This document shows positions 51,126-62,379 of a stretch of 64,000 nucleotides of DNA, piece after piece. Origin of the DNA: Sminthopsis crassicaudata (lineage: Eukaryota). Position 1 is the first letter of the stretch. Each line of letters begins with the position of its first letter. Both the position numbers and the translations under genes were made by a program. The notes below the pieces were generated by a model, which saw nothing but the letters and a program-made list of their open reading frames with translations, was not told the origin of the DNA and did not search any database. The stretch lies in contig NC_133617.1 of assembly GCF_048593235.1 (NCBI RefSeq), positions 612,726,958 to 612,790,957 of the forward strand, read 5' to 3'.

Positions 51126-52766
51126 TGAAACACCTATCTCAATGTTTCAAATAAATCCTGGATGATGACTCATCCAGAAGTCAGCAGCAGGTTGTAGAGA
51201 GGATTCTTGATCAGGAATGGGTTGAACTAAAAACTTCTAAAATTCCTCCAAACTCTGAGACTGAGACATTGTAATTTTTTAGTTTATCTGAACATATACT
51301 ATTATTCACTTAGAACATTTTTATTAAAATTGAGGATTTAAAAAATAATTTAAGCATATTTTTATATCAAAGCTTATCAGCTCTTATAGAGTATTAGAAT
51401 TCAACTTTTCCCTGTAAAATTTCTGCCTCCATGAGATTAAACTGACACAAATGAGAAAATAAAACTCAAGAATTATAAGGAGAACTAGTTCTATCCCTAG
51501 TTATTATTTCAGAACAGCCTGACTGAAAGATAATCCAGTGGAGCATCTCTTGTACAAATGATCTGTTACTGATGTGATCTTACTGAAACTGCCCACTGGG
51601 TGGAGGTGGAGGGACAAATATCATACTTCATTCCCAGACCAGGACTGTACATTATAGATTCTATAGATCAGAAATTCTGAAGAAGGGTCTCACGAATTTT
51701 TGTTTTAATATACATATATATATATATATATTTATAACTGAATAATTGGTTTTCTTTTTAATCTTATGCATTTTTTCCCTGCACTTAAGTGGGTACATAC
51801 ATAATATATAAAAGGTAAAGAACATCTACAGAACAAAGTTGAAATGACTGAAATTACCTAGTGAATAGGGATGGGTAAAAGTTAAAAAACACAATTCATA
51901 CAAATTATCCTTTTGTCTACACTACTCATATTTACTGGATAGATTTGTGATATATAGACTGTGGGTAACCATATCCATCAAGTGCCTTTCTAGTGACTAG
52001 TGGAATACATGTGCACATTTATATCTATCTATATTAAAATATGTAAATATATATATTTATATAGTAACTCAAGGTGAGTACAGTTACTGATCTCTGAAGA
52101 ATCCAAATGAAATTGGATTTTCTTCAGAGGCAGATTGGCAAATTTTATAAAGTTATCTTACATGAATTACCACATTTAATCTTCCATATAACCTTGTGAG
52201 ACAGGTACTGCAGCTCTGGAATATGATTGTACTTTATTTGTCAGTCTGTCTATCTGTCTCTTTTCCCCTTTCTCTCCCTTTTTCTGCCTCTCTGTTTGTA
52301 TGTAGATAGTATCCTGAAATTTTCATACCTTAAAACTGAACTAAGACTTCTGGAACACTCTTTACACATTTATATCTATATACTCCTATATGTACTATAT
52401 ATGTATATATATATGTATATATATATATATATGTGTGTGTGTAGTTATGTGATATGCATTTATGATACTCATATATGAACACTTTATATGCATATACACA
52501 TTAAAACCTATTCAGGGTTTTCAGGGATTTTTTTCCTTGATATTGGTAACTATATAAATCCACTTAAAATTTTCTGAGCTCCCAACTCCTAATGCTGTCA
52601 GTCAATAAGATATGTAGAAAACCACTAATCTTTAGAAGAATCATATTGAAAAACCTAAATAAATTGAACATATTTTCTGATCTCTGCAGAGTACAAATGA
52701 AACTTGAATTTCTTTTGTATTAGACTTGCCAGAGACAAAAGTTCTCTACTGTTTCTTCCTTTGTAG

Positions 52767-52821
52767 ATAAGCCATAATATCTGTCACCTCATCTATAAAC
52801 CACAATTGAGTAGAAACAGTG
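52767..52821 (+). CDS. Candidate coding exon (55 nt, ISHNICHLIYKPQLSRNS(G))
   Basis: Acceptor actgtttcttcctttgtag|A and donor GTG|gtaaga. Only the phase 0->1 frame is open. Confidence 0.38.
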
Positions 52822-53944
52822 GTAAGATTGATGTCTAATATTTTCACTTCTCAAGGACTATTGAATTCACATTTTTTGTGGGAATATGAGACAAAATAGT
52901 TCTTTTGATAATTTTATGGCTAATCTTATTTATATGAGTACTTCTTCCAATGGAATACTATGAAACCCCTCTATTCCTTCTTATCCCACATAACTCTTGT
53001 CTGTCAATATCTATAAAATTTTCAAAAAGGCTCTAGCCACTGTTCACAAGACATTACACTGATTCTTTAATTTTTTTTTTCATGGGTACATGCTGATAAA
53101 GCACTCAGGCAGTCCATCTTGTGTTTTATATTCTACTACAATTTCAGTCAGCATTCTTTCTCAGTCAAACCTGCCTTTGATGACAATTTTTATCAGTTGT
53201 CACTAAAAATTTATTATACATCTGTTATAGTCTGACATTCAGCTCATTTCAGGAACTATGCAACAACTTGTATCCTCTATATATCTCCTTCCATTCAGTT
53301 GCCATTTAAACAATAGCTAAAATTTCTCTGGAAAGTTTAGGGATCAGAGAAGGATTATCAATTGAGAAGGACGATTTAAAGTAGATTATGTTAAAATAAC
53401 TGAAGAGGAAAAATATTATCTCCAGAGATTTAGAAGGAGAAATTCCTAATTTATAAAACCAAATGGAAGAAAAGAGGAAAATATAAAAATTAAAATTAAC
53501 TTACATGGATTAAACAATCCAATAAAATGAAAAAGTGAAAGATCAGACAAACAAAATACCAAAACCTGTTGCTTATAAAAATATTTATAAACAAAAACAT
53601 ACACAGAATGTAAGTGAATCACTGAGAAATAATTTTATGCATCTAATGAATAAAAAAACACAACAGGAATTGTACTTATACTCTCACATGTTGCAAAAGC
53701 AAACATTTACAACATAAAAAGAATAAAGAAAACTTCTTAAGCCATTTTAATTTTCATTTTTTATTCTAGAATATCTTTCATCATTATGAAATGACATGGA
53801 AAATAAACTGAAATTATTATTATACTTATATGCTCCAAATCCCTTGGCATCTAAATTCATAAAGGAAGAATTAAATTGATAAAGAAACCACTAAAAAGAT
53901 AATTGATAATACAATAATGGCAAGAGATGTCAACATCCTCTCTA

Positions 53945-54960
53945 ATAGAAATGAAATGTTCCTGAGGGTTTCCATTTTGGGATATCCTTTAGTAGGTTTT
54001 TAGTGGATTCTTTATCTCTCTCTTTTCCCATCCATTTTAAAGATACTAAGGACAGTGTTCCATTATAATTTCTTGAAAGATGATATCTAAATTCATTTTT
54101 TTTTGTGGATGGGTTTAAGTAGTCCAATAATTCTTAAATTATATTTCATCAATCTATTTTCAGGTCATTTGTCTTTCTAATGACATTTCACATATCATTC
54201 TTTTGACTTTGTTTTATTATTTCTTAATGTCTTATAGAGTCTTTAGCTTCTGCTTGATCAATGTTAATGTTTAAGGAATTACTGTCTTTAATGAGATTTT
54301 ATACCTTTCTTTTTCTTTTTAGCTAATTTTGCCTTTTATGAAGTCATTCTAATTAGTGAACTTTTATAACTCTTTTGCCATTTGGATAATTTTATTTTTT
54401 AAGGAGTTTTTTTTTTTTTTTTGATAAAGTTTTGTACCTCTTTTACCAAGCTTTTAATTCTCTTTTCTTACTCTTCTTGTATTTCTCTCATTTAAAAAAA
54501 AATTCTCCACACTACAATTTAAAAACTTTTTTTGCTCTTTTTTGCTCTTTTTCTTTAGCTATTTTGAGTGAGCAAAACCCAACTCTAACATAAGATTTGA
54601 CATAAAAAATAAGATGGAAATTGAGTATTACTGTTTCAAGATTTAGGCTTTTTCAATGTTGCTGTCTTCACAGTTAGTTGTGGAATCTGTAAATTTTCAG
54701 TTCTTTTAAGATTATGTGATCCAAGTAGAGCTGTGATTACTCCTTCCCTTGTTTGTACTCTGGTGCTTACCAAGTTTGGGACTTGCTCCCTTTGAAAAGC
54801 AATTACTAGCACTTCATTTACCCTGAAACTGCTACCAGTGTCTTTGTTCCTTTGGGACTGCAAGTGCTCCTCTCTATTCTGGAACTGAGATCTGCAAATG
54901 GATAATGGGCACCGAAATTGCCAAACAGTGCCTAGTTTTCCTCCAACACCAATTATATCT
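53945..54960 (-). mobile_element. Old L1/HAL1 ORF1 and 5' fragment, antisense
   Basis: 'ttcttgaaagatgatatcta...atcaatctattttcaggtcatttgtctttctaatgacatttcacatatc' is similar to 12120-12900. Confidence 0.65.
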
Positions 54961-54965
54961 AAAGA

Positions 54966-55325
54966 CAGTTTTATTTTTTTTTAAATGTCAAATAATAATG
55001 TTTATTTTCAAAATACATATAAAAATAGTTTTCAACATTTACCCTTGCAAAACTTTCTATTACAAATTTCCCCCCCCAGACAGCAATATATGTTAAATTA
55101 TATATATATATATATATCCACATTTATCATGCTGCACAAGAAAAATCAGATCATAAAGAAAAAAACTGAGAAAGGAAAAAAGAAAAACAACAACAAAAAG
55201 GTGGAAATACTATGTTGTGATTCACACTCAGTCCCCAGTCCTCTTTCTGTATGCAGATGTCTCTCTCTATCACTGCTGATGCTAAATCCTCAGCTCAGAG
55301 ATCCTGCTCATCATTTCTTAAAGAA
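54966..55325 (-). mobile_element. L1 3'UTR terminal fragment
   Basis: Homologous to 16480-16830 ('gctgcacaagaaaaatcagatca...ctatgttgtgattcacactcag'). Confidence 0.85.
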
Positions 55326-55345
55326 CAATAGGTTGGGACACACAC

Positions 55346-55376
<31 letters not shown>

Positions 55377-55497
55377 AAAGACACACACTCAAATGGAGAC
55401 TTAACAATGAAATACTAAATCAAATAATATGATTTTGTGAAATAAAAGTATAATCATGGAATGGTTTCAAAATTTTCATGATGTAAATAAAATGATC

Positions 55498-55948
55498 TGT
55501 CAGGAACCTTCCCCAACCTTTCCCCTTGCTCTTCCCCCCTCTTGAACAAACCCAGGTCACCACGGCCCTGAGGCTGATGATTTCTGAGGAATGTCAAGAC
55601 CACAGTTCCCAGAACTGATATGGAATAGACAAAACTACGTTATTCCACCCCGTCCTTGGGCCCCTAACCGTCTCATAATCTGCACCTGGTAAATGTTACA
55701 AAAATATTTGACTCATCTATCATGCTACCCAATCCTTATGCATACATGGCATTGCGGTTTTCTGCCTATAAATTCTGTAACTGTAAGCCAATAAACGAGA
55801 CATGCTTGACCATTGCTTTGAGTAGTCTCCCCTCTCTCTCTCTCTAGATCCTGTTCCCGGGCTGTCTTAGCCCCCGCAGGCTTTTGCCTTAATTTCGGTC
55901 TATGTCCTTCTTTTTTTGACCCACGTTGAAGACCTGCTGGACAGGTCA
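55498..55948 (+). mobile_element. Young solo ERV LTR (451 bp, TG...CA) with 6-bp TSD
   Basis: Starts TGTCAGG and ends GGACAGGTCA. Perfect TSD atgatc at 55492-55497 and 55949-55954. TATAAA at 55767-55772, AATAAA at 55790-55795, about 10 retained CpGs. Confidence 0.92.
55709..55795 (+). promoter_or_regulatory. LTR promoter/polyA elements (AP-1 TGACTCA 55709-55715, TATA 55767, AATAAA 55790)
   Basis: Motifs occur in canonical U3-R order within the LTR. Confidence 0.6.
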
Positions 55949-56269
55949 ATGATCCTCATGGGAAAAAAAACCCAACACAATACATATTGACAAATATACA
56001 TTAATAATATAGAGGAGGAAGCACCAAGGAATTTAATATGCAGTTAAAAATTAGAAATCCTGAAGATAAACTTAAAATAAGAAAATAAAAAATACAATCT
56101 GTAAACAAAAAACAAATCTTTGAAAAGACTAATAAAATTGATAAACCTTTAGTTAATTTTATTTTTTTAAAGATGGAAGAAAGAAATCAGGAAGTAAAGA
56201 ACATTGAAAGCTACACCCAAATCTGACTAAATTAAAAAAAAATTATCAGAGACTATTACATATCTTTAT

Positions 56270-56408
56270 TTATTTATTTTTGAGGCTAGGGTTAAGTGAC
56301 TTGCCCAGGGTCACACAAAGAAGTGTTAAGTGTCTGAGATCACATTTGAACTCAGGTCCTCCTGAATTCAGGGCTGATGTTTTATCCACTGCACCACCTA
56401 GCTGCCCC
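56270..56408 (-). mobile_element. WSINE1-type SINE (young, dasyurid-style)
   Basis: 'ttttgaggctagggttaagtgacttgcccagggtcacac...aagtgttaagtgtctgag...tcctcctgaattcagggctg...cacctagctgcccc'. Confidence 0.9.
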
Positions 56409-58202
56409 TACATATCTTTAAAAGATAAAAATGCTTAGAACATAAACAAAGAAGAATGCTTTCAAAAATATGGGATAACCAAATAAATAGAAGCCTAAAT
56501 AGAAGCGCTAAATTTCAGAAAATGAAATGGAACTAACTATAAATGTTGGAGTAAGAAACAAATTCTTGCTTTTGATAGAATAACAAAAGAATTATATCAA
56601 ATGTTTAAAGAACAGTTAATTCTAATACTGTACAAAATATTCTCAAAAATTAAGAAAGTACTTTATGAGGTCACTTTGGTGAGGCAAATAGATTCTTAAT
56701 ACCTATATTAAGGAAGGATAAAGCACAGAAAATATAGATCAATATCATTAATGAATATTGATTTAAATTTTAAAAGTAAACTAGACTAAAATGACTCATC
56801 CAAGAAATTATTCCTCATGACCAAGTTAGATTTATATCAGGGATTCAAAGGTGGTTCAACATTAGGAAAACAACATAAATAGTTAATTAAAAACAAATAA
56901 CCAAATGTATATAAATTCAATAACAAGCATATAACATGATTATGTTGATGGAAATTTTAAAAAGCCTTTGACAAAATTCAGCCCTTTTAATATTAACATT
57001 TATTAAATTTAATTTATTGAAATATTTAAAATTAAAACCAATAGCTATGTAAAACCAAAAATTAGCACCGTATGGGTTGGGAATATATAGGACCTTTTTC
57101 TAATTTATACAGGAATAAACAAAGGATGCTATTCTACTTGTTTGATATAATTCTTCAAATGTTACCAATAGCAGTAAGAGAAAATAAAGAAATTCAAGTT
57201 GTGAAGATGGGTCAATATCACATCTCAGCTTATTGATAGTATGAGTGTTTACTTTAAAAAATTTAGGGAATCAGCAAAGATATTAATTGAGACAAATAGC
57301 AGTTTTAGCAAAGTTGAAGGTTACAAAATAACACAAAATTAACAGAATTTCTATATCTAAATCTATATTCTTAACAAAGAGACTATGTAAAATGACATTC
57401 CAAATAATCACAACATATATAAAATGGGGATAAATCTAAAGGACAGAAAATACTAATTAAATTAAATGACAAAATATTCCTAAAAATAATTAAAAAAACT
57501 TAAAAGTTAGAATATTCAGGGCTCATAATTATACCATGGCACTATAATACAAATGACAATACTATCAAAGTAAATTATTAATGTAATACCAACAATATTT
57601 TGAAGAACTTGATAAAATAATTTTAAAAAGATATTAATTGAAATAATGGAAAGTATGGAAGAAGAAATACCATTTCCACAACTCAAATTATCTGATAAAA
57701 GAGTAGTCATCATTACCCTCTAGAATTTGTTTTAAAAATAGAAAGTAGATCAGTGGAACAGACTCAATTAGGAAGAATAAGAAATCTAGGGAAATTAATA
57801 ATCCAGTGCTTAATAAACTAGAAAACATAAGTTACTCTAAAGTGAGCTTTTTATTTAATAAATACTTCTGAAAAATTTGAAAGAGGTCTGGGAAAAACAG
57901 ACATATGTATGTATGGTGTCTGTGGGTGTATATATAGTTATATGACTAAAACTTATTTCCTAATAGGTAGTTAGTCAAAGGATGTGAGCAAACAGTTCTC
58001 AAAAGTAGAATTGCAAATTATTAATAACTATGTGAAGGACTGCTCCTAATCAGTAATAATTAGAGAAATACAAAAACAACTCAGAGTTTCTACCTCAAAA
58101 TCTATTGGCAAAAATGAAAAAAAAAATAAGAAGGGAATAGTCAGTAATAGAGGGATTGTGGGAAGATATGCAACCTAGGGCATTATTAATGGAGTTATAA
58201 AT

Positions 58203-58306
58203 AAGATTGTTAACTCCTTAAGAGCAAGAATTGTCTTTTTCCTTTCTTTATATCCTTAATGCTTAGCACATTGGTTATAGATATTTAATAAATGCTTATT
58301 GACTGA
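58203..58306 (+). mobile_element. L2-type 3' tail inserted within the L1 ORF2 remnant
   Basis: 'gattgttaactccttaagagcaagaattgtc...gcttagcaca...tttaataaatgcttattgactgattga' splits collinear L1 sequence. Confidence 0.6.
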
Positions 58307-58786
58307 TTGAAATATATTTTGGAAAGCAACTCAGAATTGTGAAAAAGTCTTTAAAAATTAATACTATTTGATCTAAATATTTTATTAGGCTTATAGCATT
58401 AAAAATGATTGATAAGAAAAAAGTTCCCCTAATTCTCCAAAATATTTATTGTACTACTTTTTGTGATGGCAAAGAATTGGAAACAAAATAGATATTCATC
58501 AATTGTCCCTGGCTAAACAATCTGTGCTATATGAATATGATGGGATGTTATTTTCTGTAAGAAATGATGAATGTGATGAAAATGAAGTGGGGAAAAAAAG
58601 CTGAAGAGATCTACATGAACAAAGCATAGTGAAGTAAGAAGAACCAAAAAAGGAATATATCAATGACTACCATGGTGTAAACAAAAAGGACAAACATTTA
58701 AAAATAAAGAATATTTTTTGTTTTGTGGGAGAATATCTTATAAAATCTAAGGTTGAAAACTGTCCTGGAAGTTTTTTGCTGTTACA

Positions 58787-58787
<1 letters not shown>

Positions 58788-58840
<53 letters not shown>

Positions 58841-58841
58841 C
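58788..58841. repeat. (AAC)18 microsatellite
   Basis: Perfect trinucleotide run; source of the poly-Leu ORF 58667-58849. Confidence 0.98.
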
Positions 58842-60341
58842 TTCAACAAAAAACTACTCTATAGAATTTTGCATATATAGATCCTTTCCTTCTTTGATCC
58901 TTTTGAAGTATAGGCATTTTATATAGGTATTTAGTAATCTAATAGACTTTTATATCTTCTTTCAACTTGCCTAGTTGTTTCTAAATTATGTTACAATAAT
59001 TGCATTGTATAATAAATTATATCATGATTGTTTCATCCCACTCAACAACCCTTTAGGACTGTTCTACCTAGACTTTAAAAGATATTATTGAATACAAAAT
59101 GAGAAAACAAAATAACTGCAGATCAAAGAGCAAAAACCATCTAGAATAGTTAAGTATAGTGTGGTTCACTGGATATCAGGCTTAGATGTGTCCATAGGGC
59201 TGAATCTGTGGCTTTGAGCAAAAAGTATGACAATAGGTAAATTACTTCAAAGACCCTGCCTTTAGTTATCTCTAGTGCAAACAGTACAGGAGATAATTTA
59301 TTCTTTAGGTATCATAGCAGCAGGGTTTTAATCTTGACCTAGTTATATATCCCTTTTCCTCTTGCTGTGATAAAGCTGTGGTGGTAAAAATGTAGACAGT
59401 AATAAGAAAAAGAATGCACTTTTACTCCAAGAGTCTGAGAGAATATTAAATTACTTGATGTAAGTCTATTTATGGTTACTGTAGTAGGGAAAAACAATTG
59501 ACTAGAAAGAGGACAAAAGTTTGCTAACTGTTCTTTCTCTTCCCAATTAATTTGTATTTATTGAATTATGTGCTCCTATAAATAGCAAGTGTTATTGGAC
59601 AGCATATTTAACTTTCTACCTGAGTAATCTAAGAGCAAAGTTTAATGGCTTTTGACTGCTATATTCATCCCAAGAAAAGATTTTGACATTTAAATTCTAG
59701 AAAATGCACTCATCACATACACATGGCAATGCCTTATTGTTTGTTTTATTTATAAAAATCCATAGTGGTAATTACCCTTGATAAATGAAAATGCCTAGGT
59801 AAAAGCATATGCTGTCATTAATAAAGTAAATCATCAGCCATTATCTGTTGCTTGTAAATCACTTTCTTTATTTGGTCCCATATTATAATTGAGTCCCTTT
59901 CCAGGTTGCTTATTCTATACAATATACATTGAACAAAGGCTTAGCTAGATTCATTACTGACATATATTCACTTATTTCCTTCCTTAAGTGACCATCTCAC
60001 TTTTGTGTCTGACTAGAAAACATATCTGACTTTAGGAACTATCTCCCAAAAAAGCTTGAAATGGTGTAAATGAAAAGAATAGCTTTTGGTTATCCCTTGT
60101 TTTTATTGTTCTCCTTATTTTATCTATTTTGTAAAATGTATCATTATCAAGAAGGAGAGAAGATACTCAGATTCCTAAGGAATCTGAGGTGGAAATGAAC
60201 AGTCCTCCAATGAGTAAAAGAAAAAAAGCAAAAGCTACAAGCAAAGATGGAAGGATAGCTAGGCATAAGAACAGATGGAAATATAAGAAAGGAACACTAT
60301 TAGAATTACTCAGATGGATGTAGAGTTATTTTTTTTATAAG

Positions 60342-60414
60342 GGAGTAAGATGACAAATGAGACAAAATTGAAGAAATATGAGAGAAGTCGAAAGAAGTGT
60401 GCAGTAGGCTGGAG
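60342..60414 (+). CDS. Candidate coding exon (73 nt, (G)SKMTNETKLKKYERSRKKCAVGW)
   Basis: Acceptor gttattttttttataag|G and donor GAG|gtgagt. Only the phase 1->2 frame is open. It could be an exapted L2-like purine-rich segment. Confidence 0.35.
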
Positions 60415-60544
60415 GTGAGTGTCTCAGGAATCCTTGACAGAGTGAGATTGGGTGAGGATGTTGAGGATGAGCTGATGAACAGCATTTACATCATGTTTTA
60501 AGGCTTATACAGTTCTTTATAGGTTATATAAATTGTTCAGAAGA

Positions 60545-60730
60545 TCTAAAATTAAATCCCTAAACCCATAGAAATGGAAAAAAGACTTGAGAAGTTATCA
60601 AACTCAACTTCTTCATTTTATACTGATCCTCCCAGAGTTTCAGTTTTCTTTTCTCCAAAATATGGGTAACAATATTTGAGTTAGCAACCCTGTATAGTTG
60701 CTATAGGAGTTATAACATTTCACACTTGCA
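60545..60730. mobile_element. MIR fragments
   Basis: 'gacttgagaagttatcaaactcaacttcttcattttatac' followed by 'cagttttcttttctccaaaatatggg'. Confidence 0.45.
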
Positions 60731-61566
60731 AGGGACCTCTACAGATGTTGGTCATTGGTTCCAATATGTGCCTGAACAAATTCTCTTTTGAATTGCTTGA
60801 CAACTTTTACTTTGAACTGATTTAATGAGCAAATGAGAGAAGAATAACAATGACTTATAATTGCAAAGTACTTTAAGCATATGAGACATTATTAATTAAA
60901 TTTCATTCCATTTTAAAATTAAATCTATACTCCTATTTTGATGTTAACTTACTTCTTAACTCTCCTTCTTTAAGACTCCCTCCCCACAATACTTTCAGTA
61001 AACAAACCTAGGTGCTGCTACTTGATTTTAATTTATCTTTATTTACTGAAATATGGATGCTCTGATCTCTGGCTCTCTCTAGATATTTTTACTATTTAAT
61101 CCTAGTCTCTGTTCTCTATTGGTCATCTAAGCTAGGGTTATGTCATGCTGCTTGAGACTGTGTACACAAGATATGAAAACAACCAGCTATGGGAGAAAAA
61201 TACACTAGACATTATCATTAAATAGATCAAAACTTTAGGTGTTTTAATTCACCCGATCAAACAACAACCTCAAACCAATAAATTCAGCAAAACCAATTTG
61301 CAGTATATATGACAAGATGAATGAATGAATAAAAAGGATTAATTTAGCGCTTTATATTCCCCAGTCCCTTTGCTAGAGTGGATTTTCCTCCCTTCTCTTT
61401 GCAATCTTTGATAGCCAGCATTCTTTGTATTTTGGGTCCACTGCAATCTAGTGCACATAAAAAATCTGATCACATATAAAATTGGAAATTCAAATTACAC
61501 ACAGTTAAGATATCGCATAAACTTAGTTCCCAATATAAGCCTTGCAAAAGTTAGAAAAGTTATTCT

Positions 61567-62213
61567 TTTTTATTAATAATTTTTATTTACAGATATATGC
61601 ATGAATAATTTTACAACATTGACAATTGCCAAACCCCTTGTTCCAAATTTTTCCCCTCCCTTCCCTCCTCTAGATGGCAGGTTGACCAATACATGCCAAA
61701 TATGTTAGAGCATAAATTAAATACAATATATGTATACATAACCAAACAATTGTTTTGCTGTACAAAAAGAATCGGACTTTGAAATAGTGTACAATTGGCC
61801 TGTGAAGGAAATCCAAAATGCAGGCGGACAAAATTAGAGGGACTGGAAATTCTATGTAGTGGTTCATAATCATCTCCTAGAGTTCTTTTGCTGGGTGTAG
61901 CTGGTTCAATTCATTACTGCTCTATTGGAACTGATTTGGTTCATCTCATTGTTGAATATGGCCACATCCATCAGAATTGATCATCATATAGTATTGTTGT
62001 TGAAGCATACAACGATCTCCTGGTCTTGCTCATCTCACTCAGCATCAGTTCATGTGTCTCCCGGCCTTTCTGAAATCATCCTGTTGGTCATTTCTTACAG
62101 AACAATAATATTCCATAATATTCATATAGCACAGTTTATTCAGTCAATCTTCAATTGATGGGCATCCACATAGTTTCCAATTTCTGGCCACACAAAGAGG
62201 GCTGCCACAAACA
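61567..62213 (-). mobile_element. 5'-truncated L1 (~650 bp) with perfect 15-bp TSD
   Basis: TSD tagaaaagttattct at 61552-61566 and 62214-62228. L1 3'UTR plus ORF2 end. Confidence 0.93.
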
Positions 62214-62379
62214 TAGAAAAGTTATTCTATAGGTTATCCCTTTTTCTTTCTTCAAGATTATCAAAATATCATTAAGCCATTTCCAGGCTCTCTATTTTAT
62301 TTAACTCTATGATCCTTGATGATAATTGCATTCTGAGAAGATACTTGCATCATCTCCTCCTTATAGGAATATAAAAATA

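Larger units (their letters stand above)
53400..58700 (+). mobile_element. Old sense-strand L1 (ORF2 EN-RT-C regions and 3'UTR) carrying multiple nested insertions
   Basis: Collinear degenerate ORF2 pieces at 53440-53945, 55960-58200 and 58310-58700, including 'catgaccaagttagatttatatcagggattcaaaggtggttcaacattagg'. Confidence 0.8.

Noticed and set aside
60166-60188. Perfect 10-bp hairpin CTCAGATTCC-TAA-GGAATCTGAG
   Set aside because: About one such short inverted repeat is expected by chance in 64 kb, and it is too short for a pre-miRNA.
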